A stretch of DNA of 43,911 nucleotides, taken from assembly GCA_049472315.1 (NCBI GenBank), contig JBLIRN010000023.1:1-43911 (forward strand). Direction: 5' to 3'. Source of the stretch: a bacterium. GTDB lineage: Bacteria > SZUA-182 > DTGQ01 > JAFGSM01. A program made the position numbers and the translations under genes. Shown here one piece after another: positions 1 to 9,560 of this stretch (the stretch's first letter is position 1; each line of letters starts with the position of its first letter). The notes below the pieces were generated by a model that saw nothing but the letters and a program-made list of their open reading frames with translations, was not told the origin of the DNA and did no database searches.

Positions 1-2923
1 GTCCGGTGGCCTTTGTCCCCGCAAACGCCACCGCTGTCTTGTCTCCGGCGGTGATCCATGCACCCCCTTCCCATTCATCCGGGTCGCGATAGCCATCCAT
101 ACGAAAATCGGTGGGATCATCAAGCATGCTCGAATATCTTAGCAGACTACTGAAGCTCAGGTGGGTGTTCGGATCCGGTGGGTTCCCATCAAGCCATGGC
201 GCATAGGCATACAGCGAGGGGCCTGTCCCCGACAACCCCCCATCCCGGTATCTTCCGACCGCAAGGGTTGCACCGCCCGTATACATGTCGGCCCATGTCT
301 GGGGGATGGTAAAGAGATATCCCGTGCTGTATTAGAGGGATTCGTTTCCGATGTACCAGCCTCCAGCCGTGTTCGATGCGGATAGATCGATCTCGCACCA
401 TCCGTGCGTCGGCAGAAGCCCTTCACCATGAAGGTGCTGTCCAAAGGCCAGGTAGAGCTTGGGCGATGCTTGATCACCCTGGGCAGGCATGTATTCCAAA
501 CCTATCCGGGGTATTTCGGTCCAGACCTCGAATATCCCGCCCCTGACATCATGGAAGTCCTGAATGGTTGCGGCGACATTCAGGTCCTCCACATTGCGCG
601 ATAGGCTGGGGGCCGGAATACCGATCTCGGAGACGTAGTTCCAGATACCGTTTCCCGTGCCGAAGAGGGACCCCGGATATCCGTCCGCATCCCCACCCGG
701 ATCACCATCCGGCCTGTAGGCCAGGGCCTCACCGCCATATTCCCAGGTTTCGGCATCATCCGCGTCCGGTTCCCTATCCGGGAGCCTGAAGGCGCCACGA
801 TATACCAGATCGCTCGGAGAAAGGAGGTTGCCGGGTAATTCGGGTGATATGGTCAGGTGCACGTTGACTGAACCCGGGCTGTTGGCTGCACCAGGGGCAT
901 TCACCGTGATGGTTCCATTGTAGGTGCCCACCTCCAGTCCGCTGATATTCACGGATACGGTGATGGTGTCGCCTTCGCCGAAGGATGCGCCGCCTGTGGG
1001 GGACACGCTCAGCCAGTCCGCATCGTCACCGATCGTATAGGTCATCTCACCGCCGCCGCTGTTTGTGACAATGAAACTCCCGTCTGCGGGATTCGTACCG
1101 CCATCCGTGGCTGAAAGGAAAAGGTGATCCGGATCGACTGAGAGACTCGGCTCGGCGCCTTCATTCGGGTCCCAACCCGCAACCCTGGCCAGCATGTACC
1201 AGAAGGCCCGCGCCTTGAGATCGCAGTTCAGGGATTGGGAATGGGCGCATGCACACGCGGAGCATTCCCCCGGATGGGCCGCGCACCATTCCACCGCCCA
1301 GTTACGAGGGCTGCTGCCGTCATAATAATCGCAGTTGTCATTCGCCTGCAGATCGAGGTAATAATTCCCATCCGGATCGTAGCTCTCGATATCCGCAAAG
1401 TCATAGAGGATCTTTCCATGCGCCTGACAGTACTCCCGAATCTGGTTATTGCGGATGTGGAGGTTGCCCCCTTCACCGGAGCCGTCCAGATGCCCGGTCA
1501 TGTAAATAAAGGTCACCCCTGGGTATTCGGTCTCCAGTTGGTTCATCGCCTGGAGGTAGGTGGTGATCCCCGCCTCCGTATTATCGGATACCCCGCCGCA
1601 CCAGGACCACATGACCAGATTCCGGTCGTTATCCGGATTGTTTAATTGATCAACGGTTAGATCCCGCCAGTAAAGATCGCCGTTGTGTCCGAGATCCGCA
1701 TCGGTCCTTTCATCGTAGGAAAGGGAGCCTGGCCCGCTGTTATAACTGTACAGAGAATCCACCATGGCCGACATCCCGCTGGTGATCTGGCTGCCATGCG
1801 AGGTATGCCCGTACCAGATCCTCAGAGTGTTCCTGACAGCCTGGATCCGGTCTTCTGGCACATCGGAAATGTCCGTGCAGGTATGGTTGATAATCAGGCC
1901 TTCCCCAGCAGAATCCGTGATCGGGATGGAGGCATCATCAGTGCAGGTGCCCCCGTGGCCGTCATCCACAGTCAATCGCACAGTAACCGTCGCTCCTGAC
2001 TCATCCACGTCCGGTGCCACAAAGGAGGCCGTCAGGGAGGCGGCATCCTGGATCGTTATGGAGGGACAGGAGACCTGGGTCCAGAGATAGGTCAAGGGAT
2101 CGCCGTTCACATCCGAGGCCGTGCCTGCGAGATGGACCGTGGTCCCCTCCCTGTGGGAGGCATAGGTGCCGGCGTCACAGGTGGGGTTCACATTGGTTCC
2201 GTCACTCGTATAGGTGATAACGAGCCTGGGCCGCACAGTAGGTTCCGTATATTCATTGGACCGGAAATAGTGGACCGTCCATTCTCCGACGCCGTCACCT
2301 ACCAGGATGATCCCATCATTGGGCGCCGTTTCATGATACCAGGCGCGAACCGCATCGGTGACGGTCCAACTGAACCATGCGCCGTCCGAGGATATGCCTG
2401 GACGGGCCGGAAGCATAACACTGTCCAGCAGGGTATCGTCATATTCGCCTCCCGACCATGTGGCGTAACCCGAATGGCCCCAATAGGCGCCGGTCTGATT
2501 GGGGGAGGGATCCTCGATGGTGTCCTTGGTGCCCGTTCCTTCGATCCATTCCGCGGTCATCCGGTATGCGGAGCGCTCCTGGACGGTGTCATCATACTCC
2601 CCGTCGAAATTATAAAGCTCCAGCCTGGCCTCCACGATGGTGATCCCCTCCGGAACAACGTCACTGAGACCGAAATAGACCAGTATTCGTCCGGCATCTG
2701 CGGTTCCCCCAATGTCGTCGAGCCCCTTATTGCATTCCAGATCCTCATACCCACCCAGATTGTCATCCGCGTCCCATAGCTGTGTGATAAAGGTGTCTCT
2801 ACCCTGATCATAGCCATCCACGCCGTGCTGGAGGGTAATTTCCGCGGCAAGGGACCCGTGTGGAACCAGCATGAGAAATCCGAGTATGAGATACATCCCC
2901 ACCGGAATGATCGTTCTTTTCAT
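1..2923 (-). pseudogene. Large modular secreted protein (signal peptide, DNRLRE/CBM96-like domain, PKD/Ig-like domain, SGNH-like domain, BACON-like domain, unknown C-terminal domain) interrupted by an in-frame TAA at 332-334; continues past the window edge
   Basis: Likely ATG at 2923 (MKRTIIPVG..., SD GAGGAGG). Motifs: DTFI..RILVYF..ARLELY..WFSWTVTDAVRAW..NDGIIL..F.SNE..RPRLVITY; DAG..LAGTASDVNGDPLTYLWTQ; WLSVSPTGG. I translated the same frame past the TAA: YSTGYLFTIPQTWADMYTGG...GRYRDGG...PDEWEGGAWITAG..., open to base 1. Could be a nonsense allele or a sequencing error. Confidence 0.75.
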
Positions 2924-3131
2924 GACCTCAGCCTCCTCTCCCCACATTGAATACCAGGTGTTTAAAGGCCTTATGTCAAAGTCCGAGAATGATTTGCAAT
3001 GATGTGAATAGTCGAACCCCAAAGGGGGTATATAATCGACGGATCAAAACCCTACATGATCGTGTGAGCAATCAATGCCGGTCTGGTGTGAAATGGACTT
3101 GTAATGACGGGAAATTGCTTGATCTTAATAA

Positions 3132-3160
3132 AGTATAGACAGAATCAAAATTTTTGTCAA
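3132..3160 (-). promoter_or_regulatory. sigma70-type promoter for the large secreted protein
   Basis: Minus strand TTGACA-17 nt-TATACT, about 200 nt upstream of the ATG at 2923. Confidence 0.65.
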
Positions 3161-3416
3161 AACAACTTTCAGCTATTCATTCAGCGTCTGATGCCCTTTT
3201 ACAATTCTAATACGACCTTCGCCTTGCATGCTGCACCGTATCTCTTCCACTGCATTTATTGAATCCCCCTTGAATCGTGATATTATTTTGATACCGCTAT
3301 TGCTCTCATCCAGAAAGCTTAGCATGCTGTCCAAAATCTGGGGGAAATCATAAGCATACTCCAAGGCAGTACGATGTCATGGAGCAGACTAATGTAATTT
3401 CAAGAAAGGCTTATGG

Positions 3417-4019
3417 CTATAATAAGATAATCATTACCTGAACGATACCAATCATAAAACCGAGAACACCGCCATACAGTTCAATCGCCTTTAATTCCCT
3501 TGAGGAGATTTCCAATATCATCTTTTCGAGTTCTCGAAGATCGAAGGAATTTACGCGTTTCGTTATCATCCCCTTTATATCGAGATTCTTCTCCATGGTA
3601 CTTGCGAATTTCTCACCTATATTCGGTAATAATTCAACGAGTTCATTGCAGATAATGTTCTTGATCTTCGTTTTCCTATCTTTGGTAATAAGGGATAAGA
3701 CAAACTGATTGAAGACAGATGTCTCTCCATTAATAAACTCATCCAGTTTTTCATCCAACATTGCCCTTAATGAATCCTGATCAACATTGTTCTTTATCGC
3801 ATCCAGGATGTCCTTATGGGTAATTAAATGCCTTGAGATCGTATGGCCGATTCTTGTGGCAATCTCGTCTTTGCGTTTCGGAATCAAGCCCTGAATTCGT
3901 ATGACGAATAGGTTCACAGGCATATAAGGCCGAAAGATCATTCTGACTGCAAGAAAGTTGGTAAACCATCCAATCAAGGCGCTGATTATGGGAATCAATA
4001 AAAGTTTATATTGAATCAC
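3417..4019 (-). CDS. DUF445 family membrane protein
   Basis: N-terminal IGWFTNFLAVRMIFRP..QGLIPKRKDEIA and C-terminal RELKAIELYGGVLGFMIG are the family signatures. GTG at 4019 has SD GGAGA; alternative starts 4034 and 4049. Confidence 0.85.
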   Translation of the reverse strand: MIQYKLLLIPIISALIGWFTNFLAVRMIFRPYMPVNLFVIRIQGLIPKRKDEIATRIGHTISRHLITHKDILDAIKNNVDQDSLRAMLDEKLDEFINGETSVFNQFVLSLITKDRKTKIKNIICNELVELLPNIGEKFASTMEKNLDIKGMITKRVNSFDLRELEKMILEISSRELKAIELYGGVLGFMIGIVQVMIILL

Positions 4020-4447
4020 TATGTATTCTCCCATTTTTCTGTCGTTCAACCATTCGCTTGGTGCCTTCGGAAATTCTGTTTCTTATCATGGAGAATATGT
4101 CAATCCCTATGGGGGGGAGGATCGGGCTTCCTTCAGCATGAATCAGGGCATCGCTGATGAGAACGCTGCACCCTGCAGCGAAAATATGGATACAGAATAT
4201 ATCATTAAATCCTGTCTCATACTATACATTGACCGAAGGATTCCTTCTGCAGAATCATCCGAGAATCCTCTGCCATATAGGGCCTTCATACCATCCGTCA
4301 CCGGATCATCCAAGAATGATTCATACCGATAGCCTCGATGAATCGGTAGTGTGGCTTCACCCCTTCAGGGCAACGATATTTATCCTGACAAGGGTTTTTA
4401 TGCCATGGGATCGGTTAATAGCAAAATGAAATGATGATAATAGATTT

Positions 4448-5011
4448 TTAGGGAATAAGAAATGGAATATGGGTTGAAATCCTTAGACTCAGATATGCCA
4501 GCGACATGCCAATGAGTGCACCGACAAAGACATCGGATGGATAGTGCAGACCGAGAATAATCCGGGAAAGGGCTATAAGAATGGTGAATGGAATGAGAAT
4601 CAATGCCAGGGCCGGATAATAGAAAACTGCGATGATCGTAAATAGACTTGCTTGCAGGGTGTGTCCGGATGGAAAGCTGTACAGATCCAAGGGTGCTGTG
4701 CCCTGTTTTATTTCCTTCCAGGAGATATACGGGCGCTGACGCACCATATTGTTTTTGAGAATTTCGTAAATTAGAACTCCGATCAGGGCCGCAATACCCA
4801 TATGGACTGAAGCCCTTAGGCCGAGATGGCGATCCAGGATAATCATGAATACCATCAGTGCATACCAAAAGATACCGTTGCCCAGGCGACTGATCATGGC
4901 AAAGAGTCTTTCAAAGGCCTTCCAGCGGCTGATCCCGTTGAAAAAGACACAAACGCACAACTCCAGCTCATCGATTGTCTGAAAGGCGATGCCGGATTTT
5001 AAGCCCGTCAT
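4448..5011 (-). CDS. PAP2 family membrane phosphatase
   Basis: K-x6-RP (KNNMVRQRP), SFPSGH and SR-x5-H-x3-D (SRIILGLHYPSD) motifs; SD AAGGAG. Confidence 0.93.
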   Translation of the reverse strand: MTGLKSGIAFQTIDELELCVCVFFNGISRWKAFERLFAMISRLGNGIFWYALMVFMIILDRHLGLRASVHMGIAALIGVLIYEILKNNMVRQRPYISWKEIKQGTAPLDLYSFPSGHTLQASLFTIIAVFYYPALALILIPFTILIALSRIILGLHYPSDVFVGALIGMSLAYLSLRISTHIPFLIP

Positions 5012-5042
5012 ATGTCTCCTTTCTTAATTGATATGCATTATT

Positions 5043-5098
5043 ATTATCGACCTCATACATGAAAAACTTATGACAGTTCTATGAACTACAGGTGAACC
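5043..5098 (-). promoter_or_regulatory. Pho-box-like array (four 7-bp repeats, 11-bp period) plus -10 element
   Basis: Minus strand GGTTCAC-4-AGTTCAT-4-CTGTCAT-4-TTTTCAT, then exactly 10 nt, then GATAAT, directly upstream of the PAP2 gene. Confidence 0.6.
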
Positions 5099-5397
5099 TT
5101 GCATTAAAAAACTGTCGAATCGGAACTTTATTTAAGGAAATACAAAGGCCTTTGTCATTATGTGCGTCTGTCAGGGCAATTCAGAAAGATTCCTCTCTAT
5201 GGCTACTTCAACGGGTTCTCATGGACTACGCGAGATCCTGGCAGTGGCTATTCGTCCAGTATTGAATAATACGCCCATGTGTATTCCTTCTGGAGACCTG
5301 GAACGATGGTGGAGGGAATTGATGCTGGTCTGCTTAAGGGTTCTCAATGATTCTAAATGCAGAAAATGACGAATGATTCTAGTAGAAGACCGCGTGG

Positions 5398-6423
5398 ATG
5401 GTCATAGGCATCGAACCCTCAGGACCGGAAGGCGGGCATAACACATTGAGAGATGAACTTGCCTACAAGGCGAAGCTTCTGAGGATCACCAACCAGATTC
5501 ATACCGCTGAGAATCTCGATGATATCTTTCTCCAGCTTCAGTTCCAAATCCTCGAGTTGTTCGACGCCGATCGAATCACGATCTATGCCGTGGATGCGAA
5601 AAACAATGAGCTCTTTTCAAAGTATAAGATCGGCGATTCGGTCAAGGAGATCAGGGTCAAGATCGACAAGAAGAGCATTTCGGGGTTCGTCGCCTTTACC
5701 CGGACATTCATCACCATAGCGGATGCCTACGATGAAGAGGAGCTCAAGCGGCACGATGCGGAGCTTGGCTTCAATAAGACATTCGACCAGAAGAGCGGAT
5801 TCCGCACCCGGCAGGTGCTGGCCTCGGCAATCCTCTTCCAGCGGGAACTCCTCGGCGTGGTGCAGCTTATCAATAAAAAGAACGGCGGGGAATTCGGTCT
5901 TTTTGATATGTCCTCCCTCAAGGAAATCGCCAAGTCGCTTGCAATCGGCATTCGCAATCAGTCGTTTCGTCACAAGAAGGTCGTGCAGAGATTCAGATCA
6001 CTGATTCAAAAAGGCCTTATCACCGAGGAGGGCCTGGAGGGGATTATCGAGAAGTCCTTGCATGGCAAGGAGGACATCATCGCGATCCTGAGGAGGGAAC
6101 ATCGGATTGAGAAGAAGGACATCCTGGAGTCCCTTTCCAGTTTCTACTATTGTCCCTTCAAGGACTATGACCCCGCTGTGGTGCTCGATCCGTCCCTGCT
6201 CGGTGGACAGCCTCCCGAATATTTTGCGGAAAGGCGGTGGATTCCGGTACGAAAGGACGCCGGGGGAATCGAGGTGTTTATCGACGATCCCGGCAACACT
6301 CAAAAGATCAACGAAATAAAGAAATTCCTCAATTGCCAGGAGGTGCATCTCATCGGGGTCCTGGCGGAGGACATCATCACCTATCTGCGTAGAATCGCAG
6401 CGAGACCGATCAGCGTCTCCTGA
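5398..6423 (+). CDS. GAF domain protein with a GspE/PilB N-terminal (MshEN-like/T2SSE_N) region, no ATPase domain
   Basis: GAF motifs ADRITIY, SISGFVA, FNKTFDQKSGFRTRQVL, GVVQLINK; then LIQKGLITEEGL...RWIPV..IEVFIDDP. No Walker A/B. Confidence 0.8.
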   Translation: MVIGIEPSGPEGGHNTLRDELAYKAKLLRITNQIHTAENLDDIFLQLQFQILELFDADRITIYAVDAKNNELFSKYKIGDSVKEIRVKIDKKSISGFVAFTRTFITIADAYDEEELKRHDAELGFNKTFDQKSGFRTRQVLASAILFQRELLGVVQLINKKNGGEFGLFDMSSLKEIAKSLAIGIRNQSFRHKKVVQRFRSLIQKGLITEEGLEGIIEKSLHGKEDIIAILRREHRIEKKDILESLSSFYYCPFKDYDPAVVLDPSLLGGQPPEYFAERRWIPVRKDAGGIEVFIDDPGNTQKINEIKKFLNCQEVHLIGVLAEDIITYLRRIAARPISVS

Positions 6424-7558
6424 GGACCGGCAATCGGCCCCTTCGGTTGACGCTCTTGGTAAGCATGCGCTGTTGGTGGGAGGACTGGTAGCGGTTCCAG
6501 GACCTTTTCTGGCGCTCCAGATAGAGGGGTATCAGGGAGTGCCGCCACATTTCCCGGTATTGCGAGGCTGTCGGAAACTCCTGGCTGAACGCGGGGTATG
6601 CCTTTTCATCCGTTTCGATGGTGCCGCTGCAGTCGTTGTCCTTTCCCTGGTGGGTTCCCGGTGCTCCTGGATACACTTGTGCGTCGCTGTCATCACAGTC
6701 ACCCGCACATATCATGAATCCATCGCCGTCTCCGTCCCTTTCTCCGGCAGGGACTGACCCGTCACAGTCGTTATCCCTTCCGTCGCAGATCTCGGAAGCG
6801 CCCGGATAGGTCATGGGATTTGTGTCATCGCAGTCCAGGGAGGCGATGAAACCATCCCCGTCCAGATCAACCTCCAGGAGGGCGGTTTGAACGGTTCTCA
6901 GGTATAGGGCGCCGTCGGCCGTTGCGATGATAGGATCGCCGGTAAAGGGACTAAGGTTTATCCAGCCGGCCTCATCGAGGGTGAAGAATACGCCGAAATC
7001 CTGCGAATCAGAATGTGCCTCTCCAGTGCTGTTCAGGAATTGGATGAATTTCACCTTTATCCGGTCCTCCGATGCGATGGTGACCTTGGTTATCACACCG
7101 CCGGGATTCCATCGGTGCGTATCCCAACCGCTCACGTCTTCGAAGGTGGCCAGTATGAAGAACGCGGTGAAGGAGAGTATTTCGACATTGTCGGCGGCAT
7201 CCGTTCCGATGATATCATAGTCGGTTTTGTATGGACCGAAGACATCGGGGCCCAGGTAATAGACGAACGTGTTCTCGTCCACGACATCGAAGTCGCCATA
7301 GTTCCCGCCGGCGGCCAGCTTGATCTGCACCTGCGCTCCCCCTGCCTCGGTGACATGAAAGGTGATCTCGAAATGCGATTGGGCAAGGATCCCCATCTTA
7401 AAGAATTCATGGGTATGCGCAACACCCAGGTCGCGTTCCACCATGACGTTCAATTCGGCGGCATTGGTCCCGGATGCACGGAGACACAACGACAGAAGGG
7501 CAATTCCAATAAGAGGGATTGCGGCCTTTACAAAGGACGTATCGAACATGATAGACAC
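6410..7558 (-). CDS. Secreted protein with two putative metal-binding (MopE-related) repeats
   Basis: Signal peptide; DLDGDGF..DCDD..YPGA.EICDGRDNDCDG and DGDGDGF..DCDD..YPGA..GKDNDCSG. Start 7558 (GTG) or 7549 (ATG). Confidence 0.8.
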   Translation of the reverse strand: MSIMFDTSFVKAAIPLIGIALLSLCLRASGTNAAELNVMVERDLGVAHTHEFFKMGILAQSHFEITFHVTEAGGAQVQIKLAAGGNYGDFDVVDENTFVYYLGPDVFGPYKTDYDIIGTDAADNVEILSFTAFFILATFEDVSGWDTHRWNPGGVITKVTIASEDRIKVKFIQFLNSTGEAHSDSQDFGVFFTLDEAGWINLSPFTGDPIIATADGALYLRTVQTALLEVDLDGDGFIASLDCDDTNPMTYPGASEICDGRDNDCDGSVPAGERDGDGDGFMICAGDCDDSDAQVYPGAPGTHQGKDNDCSGTIETDEKAYPAFSQEFPTASQYREMWRHSLIPLYLERQKRSWNRYQSSHQQRMLTKSVNRRGRLPVLRRR

Positions 7559-8252
7559 CCTTGTATTCCGGTCATCATAAGGGGTACTCCTACCCTCTTT
7601 ATCCGATCCATGTCTTTTCGATGCAACGATCCCTTAATGCACGATTGTGGAGTATGTGCAACCGATGGTGGGTAGATGATGCCGGAGCCTGGAGATTGTT
7701 CTGGTTCACGCCATATAGAACATATGCAGTATAAATATAATACCTTCCGACCCTTGTTGTCAATATTCCATGATGCTTGTTCCAAGCCATATCCGCTCAC
7801 GGGTGTCCGTTTGAGTATATGTGTAGTATACAGATAATCGCCGGCCCGGCTGGGGAAGGTATGGTTTTGCGGAAGGCATTGATCGATGGTGAGGCATGTC
7901 GAGATAATCCTGTATAAAGAAATTATATTATTTCCGCTATGCTCGATATATATTGAGAATATAAGATATATATTTATTAAAATAAAAGAACGGGGCAAAA
8001 AAAGCAAGAAATAGAATATATTGACGATAAAATATAAGATATAACAATTATTGTCTTGCGTTTTCCCCGGTTTCGATGTACAGTATAGTAGCCCGTTCGA
8101 TGTTTGAATAGATGTCAAATGACGGGTGATCTGTTGCGAATCGATGAGGAGGTGGTTACCTATCGAAGTGACTCATTGCGCATGCTAATGGCGCAACGGA
8201 TTCTGTAACCTGTGATTAAGATGCCTTTTGGTATGTTGTAGGGAGAAGTAAT

Positions 8253-8924
8253 ATGTTTTCATATGGCACCCGGAAACACGTTCTGCTGATTCCCTTAATT
8301 GCGTTGATATTGATATGCCTTTATGCGCCGAGTATCTTGTGTCAGAACTGGACGGCGATTCCGCCCTATAATACACTCTGGCCGCTGTGGTCTCCCGCCT
8401 TATCCCCCATCGATCCGGTTTCAGGGGCACCCACCCCGATTGTCACCGGTTTGACTTCAACAACCCTATTGCCTGTTCAGCCGGGATTGACATGGGACCC
8501 TGCACAGCAGTTCCCATGGCTGCTGTACAATTCACCCTTCGGTTCGCTCATCTTTTTTGACGTGGTGTTTGGATTGAATCCCTGGCCGCCCGTGAACTAC
8601 ATCACACCTGTTCCCACGCTTGCCATCGGACCGGCTGGTGTTCCCGTGTCGATCAATCTGCCTGCGGGGTTTGAAGTCCTTCCGCCGACCGATCCCGCCT
8701 GGATCTTGAGCACGGTACCCCTGGCCAATGATTACTACGCTGCTGCATATCAATATTATTCGTATCTTGCCCCTCTCATCAATCCCTTGTTTTCTGCATT
8801 TTCAACAGGCTATACGCTTCCGCAGCTCCTTCCCGATTTCCTGGATACATTGGTAGCCACGAGCATTGCTCCTACTGTTATCGTTCCTCCTTTCCTGAGT
8901 GCGGCCGCGCTTCTCGGGACATAA
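8253..8924 (+). CDS. Secreted Pro-rich hydrophobic protein, PPYNxLWPLWSP family (paralog of 33867-34646)
   Basis: SD GGGAG; signal peptide ending ..SILC|Q; clear alignment with the second copy in this window. Confidence 0.85.
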   Translation: MFSYGTRKHVLLIPLIALILICLYAPSILCQNWTAIPPYNTLWPLWSPALSPIDPVSGAPTPIVTGLTSTTLLPVQPGLTWDPAQQFPWLLYNSPFGSLIFFDVVFGLNPWPPVNYITPVPTLAIGPAGVPVSINLPAGFEVLPPTDPAWILSTVPLANDYYAAAYQYYSYLAPLINPLFSAFSTGYTLPQLLPDFLDTLVATSIAPTVIVPPFLSAAALLGT

Positions 8925-9125
8925 CTCCTGTGTACATAGTGCTTCATGAACCTTGCATGGGCAGGTCCTCAGGACCTGCCCACATATGTTCGGGCTCATT
9001 CGCCATTCCACTCAAGCACATGTGACCGATCCTGTCATGGCAGGACACGATATAACGCATCAAGTTCGGCCATTATACGTATAAATTGGTACACATGGAA
9101 TGATCTGTGGCTGCACATAGGGGGC

Positions 9126-9320
9126 TTACGCTGCCTCTTTTGTCTTCTCCTTCGGTTCATCGTCGATAACCACAAGCTGCTGTTTCAATAAGGCCCCTGC
9201 CATCTTTTCCGGCGCTATCTCATACCGTTTGGAGATGTCCAGCAATTTGCGAAAGGTGCCCGAATCCAGGATCACCATAATCTTCCTCTTTTTTCTCTTA
9301 CCCTTGCTCACTTCCTCCAT
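9126..9320 (-). CDS. Small protein, probable ribbon-helix-helix DNA-binding fold
   Basis: GGAGG next to the ATG; basic N-terminus, beta-strand IMVILD and two predicted helices. Confidence 0.55.
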   Translation of the reverse strand: MEEVSKGKRKKRKIMVILDSGTFRKLLDISKRYEIAPEKMAGALLKQQLVVIDDEPKEKTKEAA

Positions 9321-9560
9321 ACCTCCATTATCTGGAGGGGTAGTTCAATAACCGGCCATGCACTCAATGCATGATCCTGTTGTCATCCCTCCTCGATTAT
9401 TCTCGAATCGCTTTTTGCATAAAACACCTATAGTAACGATTTAATATGTAACAGGCATCATGTCAAAGGGATTCATTGAAAGCGTTCATGTATCCGTGCC
9501 TAAGGAAGCGAGTAGTCTGGCTCGCTGCAACGGCAAATTTCGTGGAGAGGGAGAGGGGAC

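Noticed and set aside
332..334. Programmed stop-codon recoding (Sec/Pyl or alternative genetic code)
   Set aside because: The codon is TAA, which terminates other genes in this window; mutation or error is simpler
3011..3030. GGTTCGA T-loop-like motif on the minus strand
   Set aside because: No T-stem, cloverleaf or acceptor stem; not a tRNA
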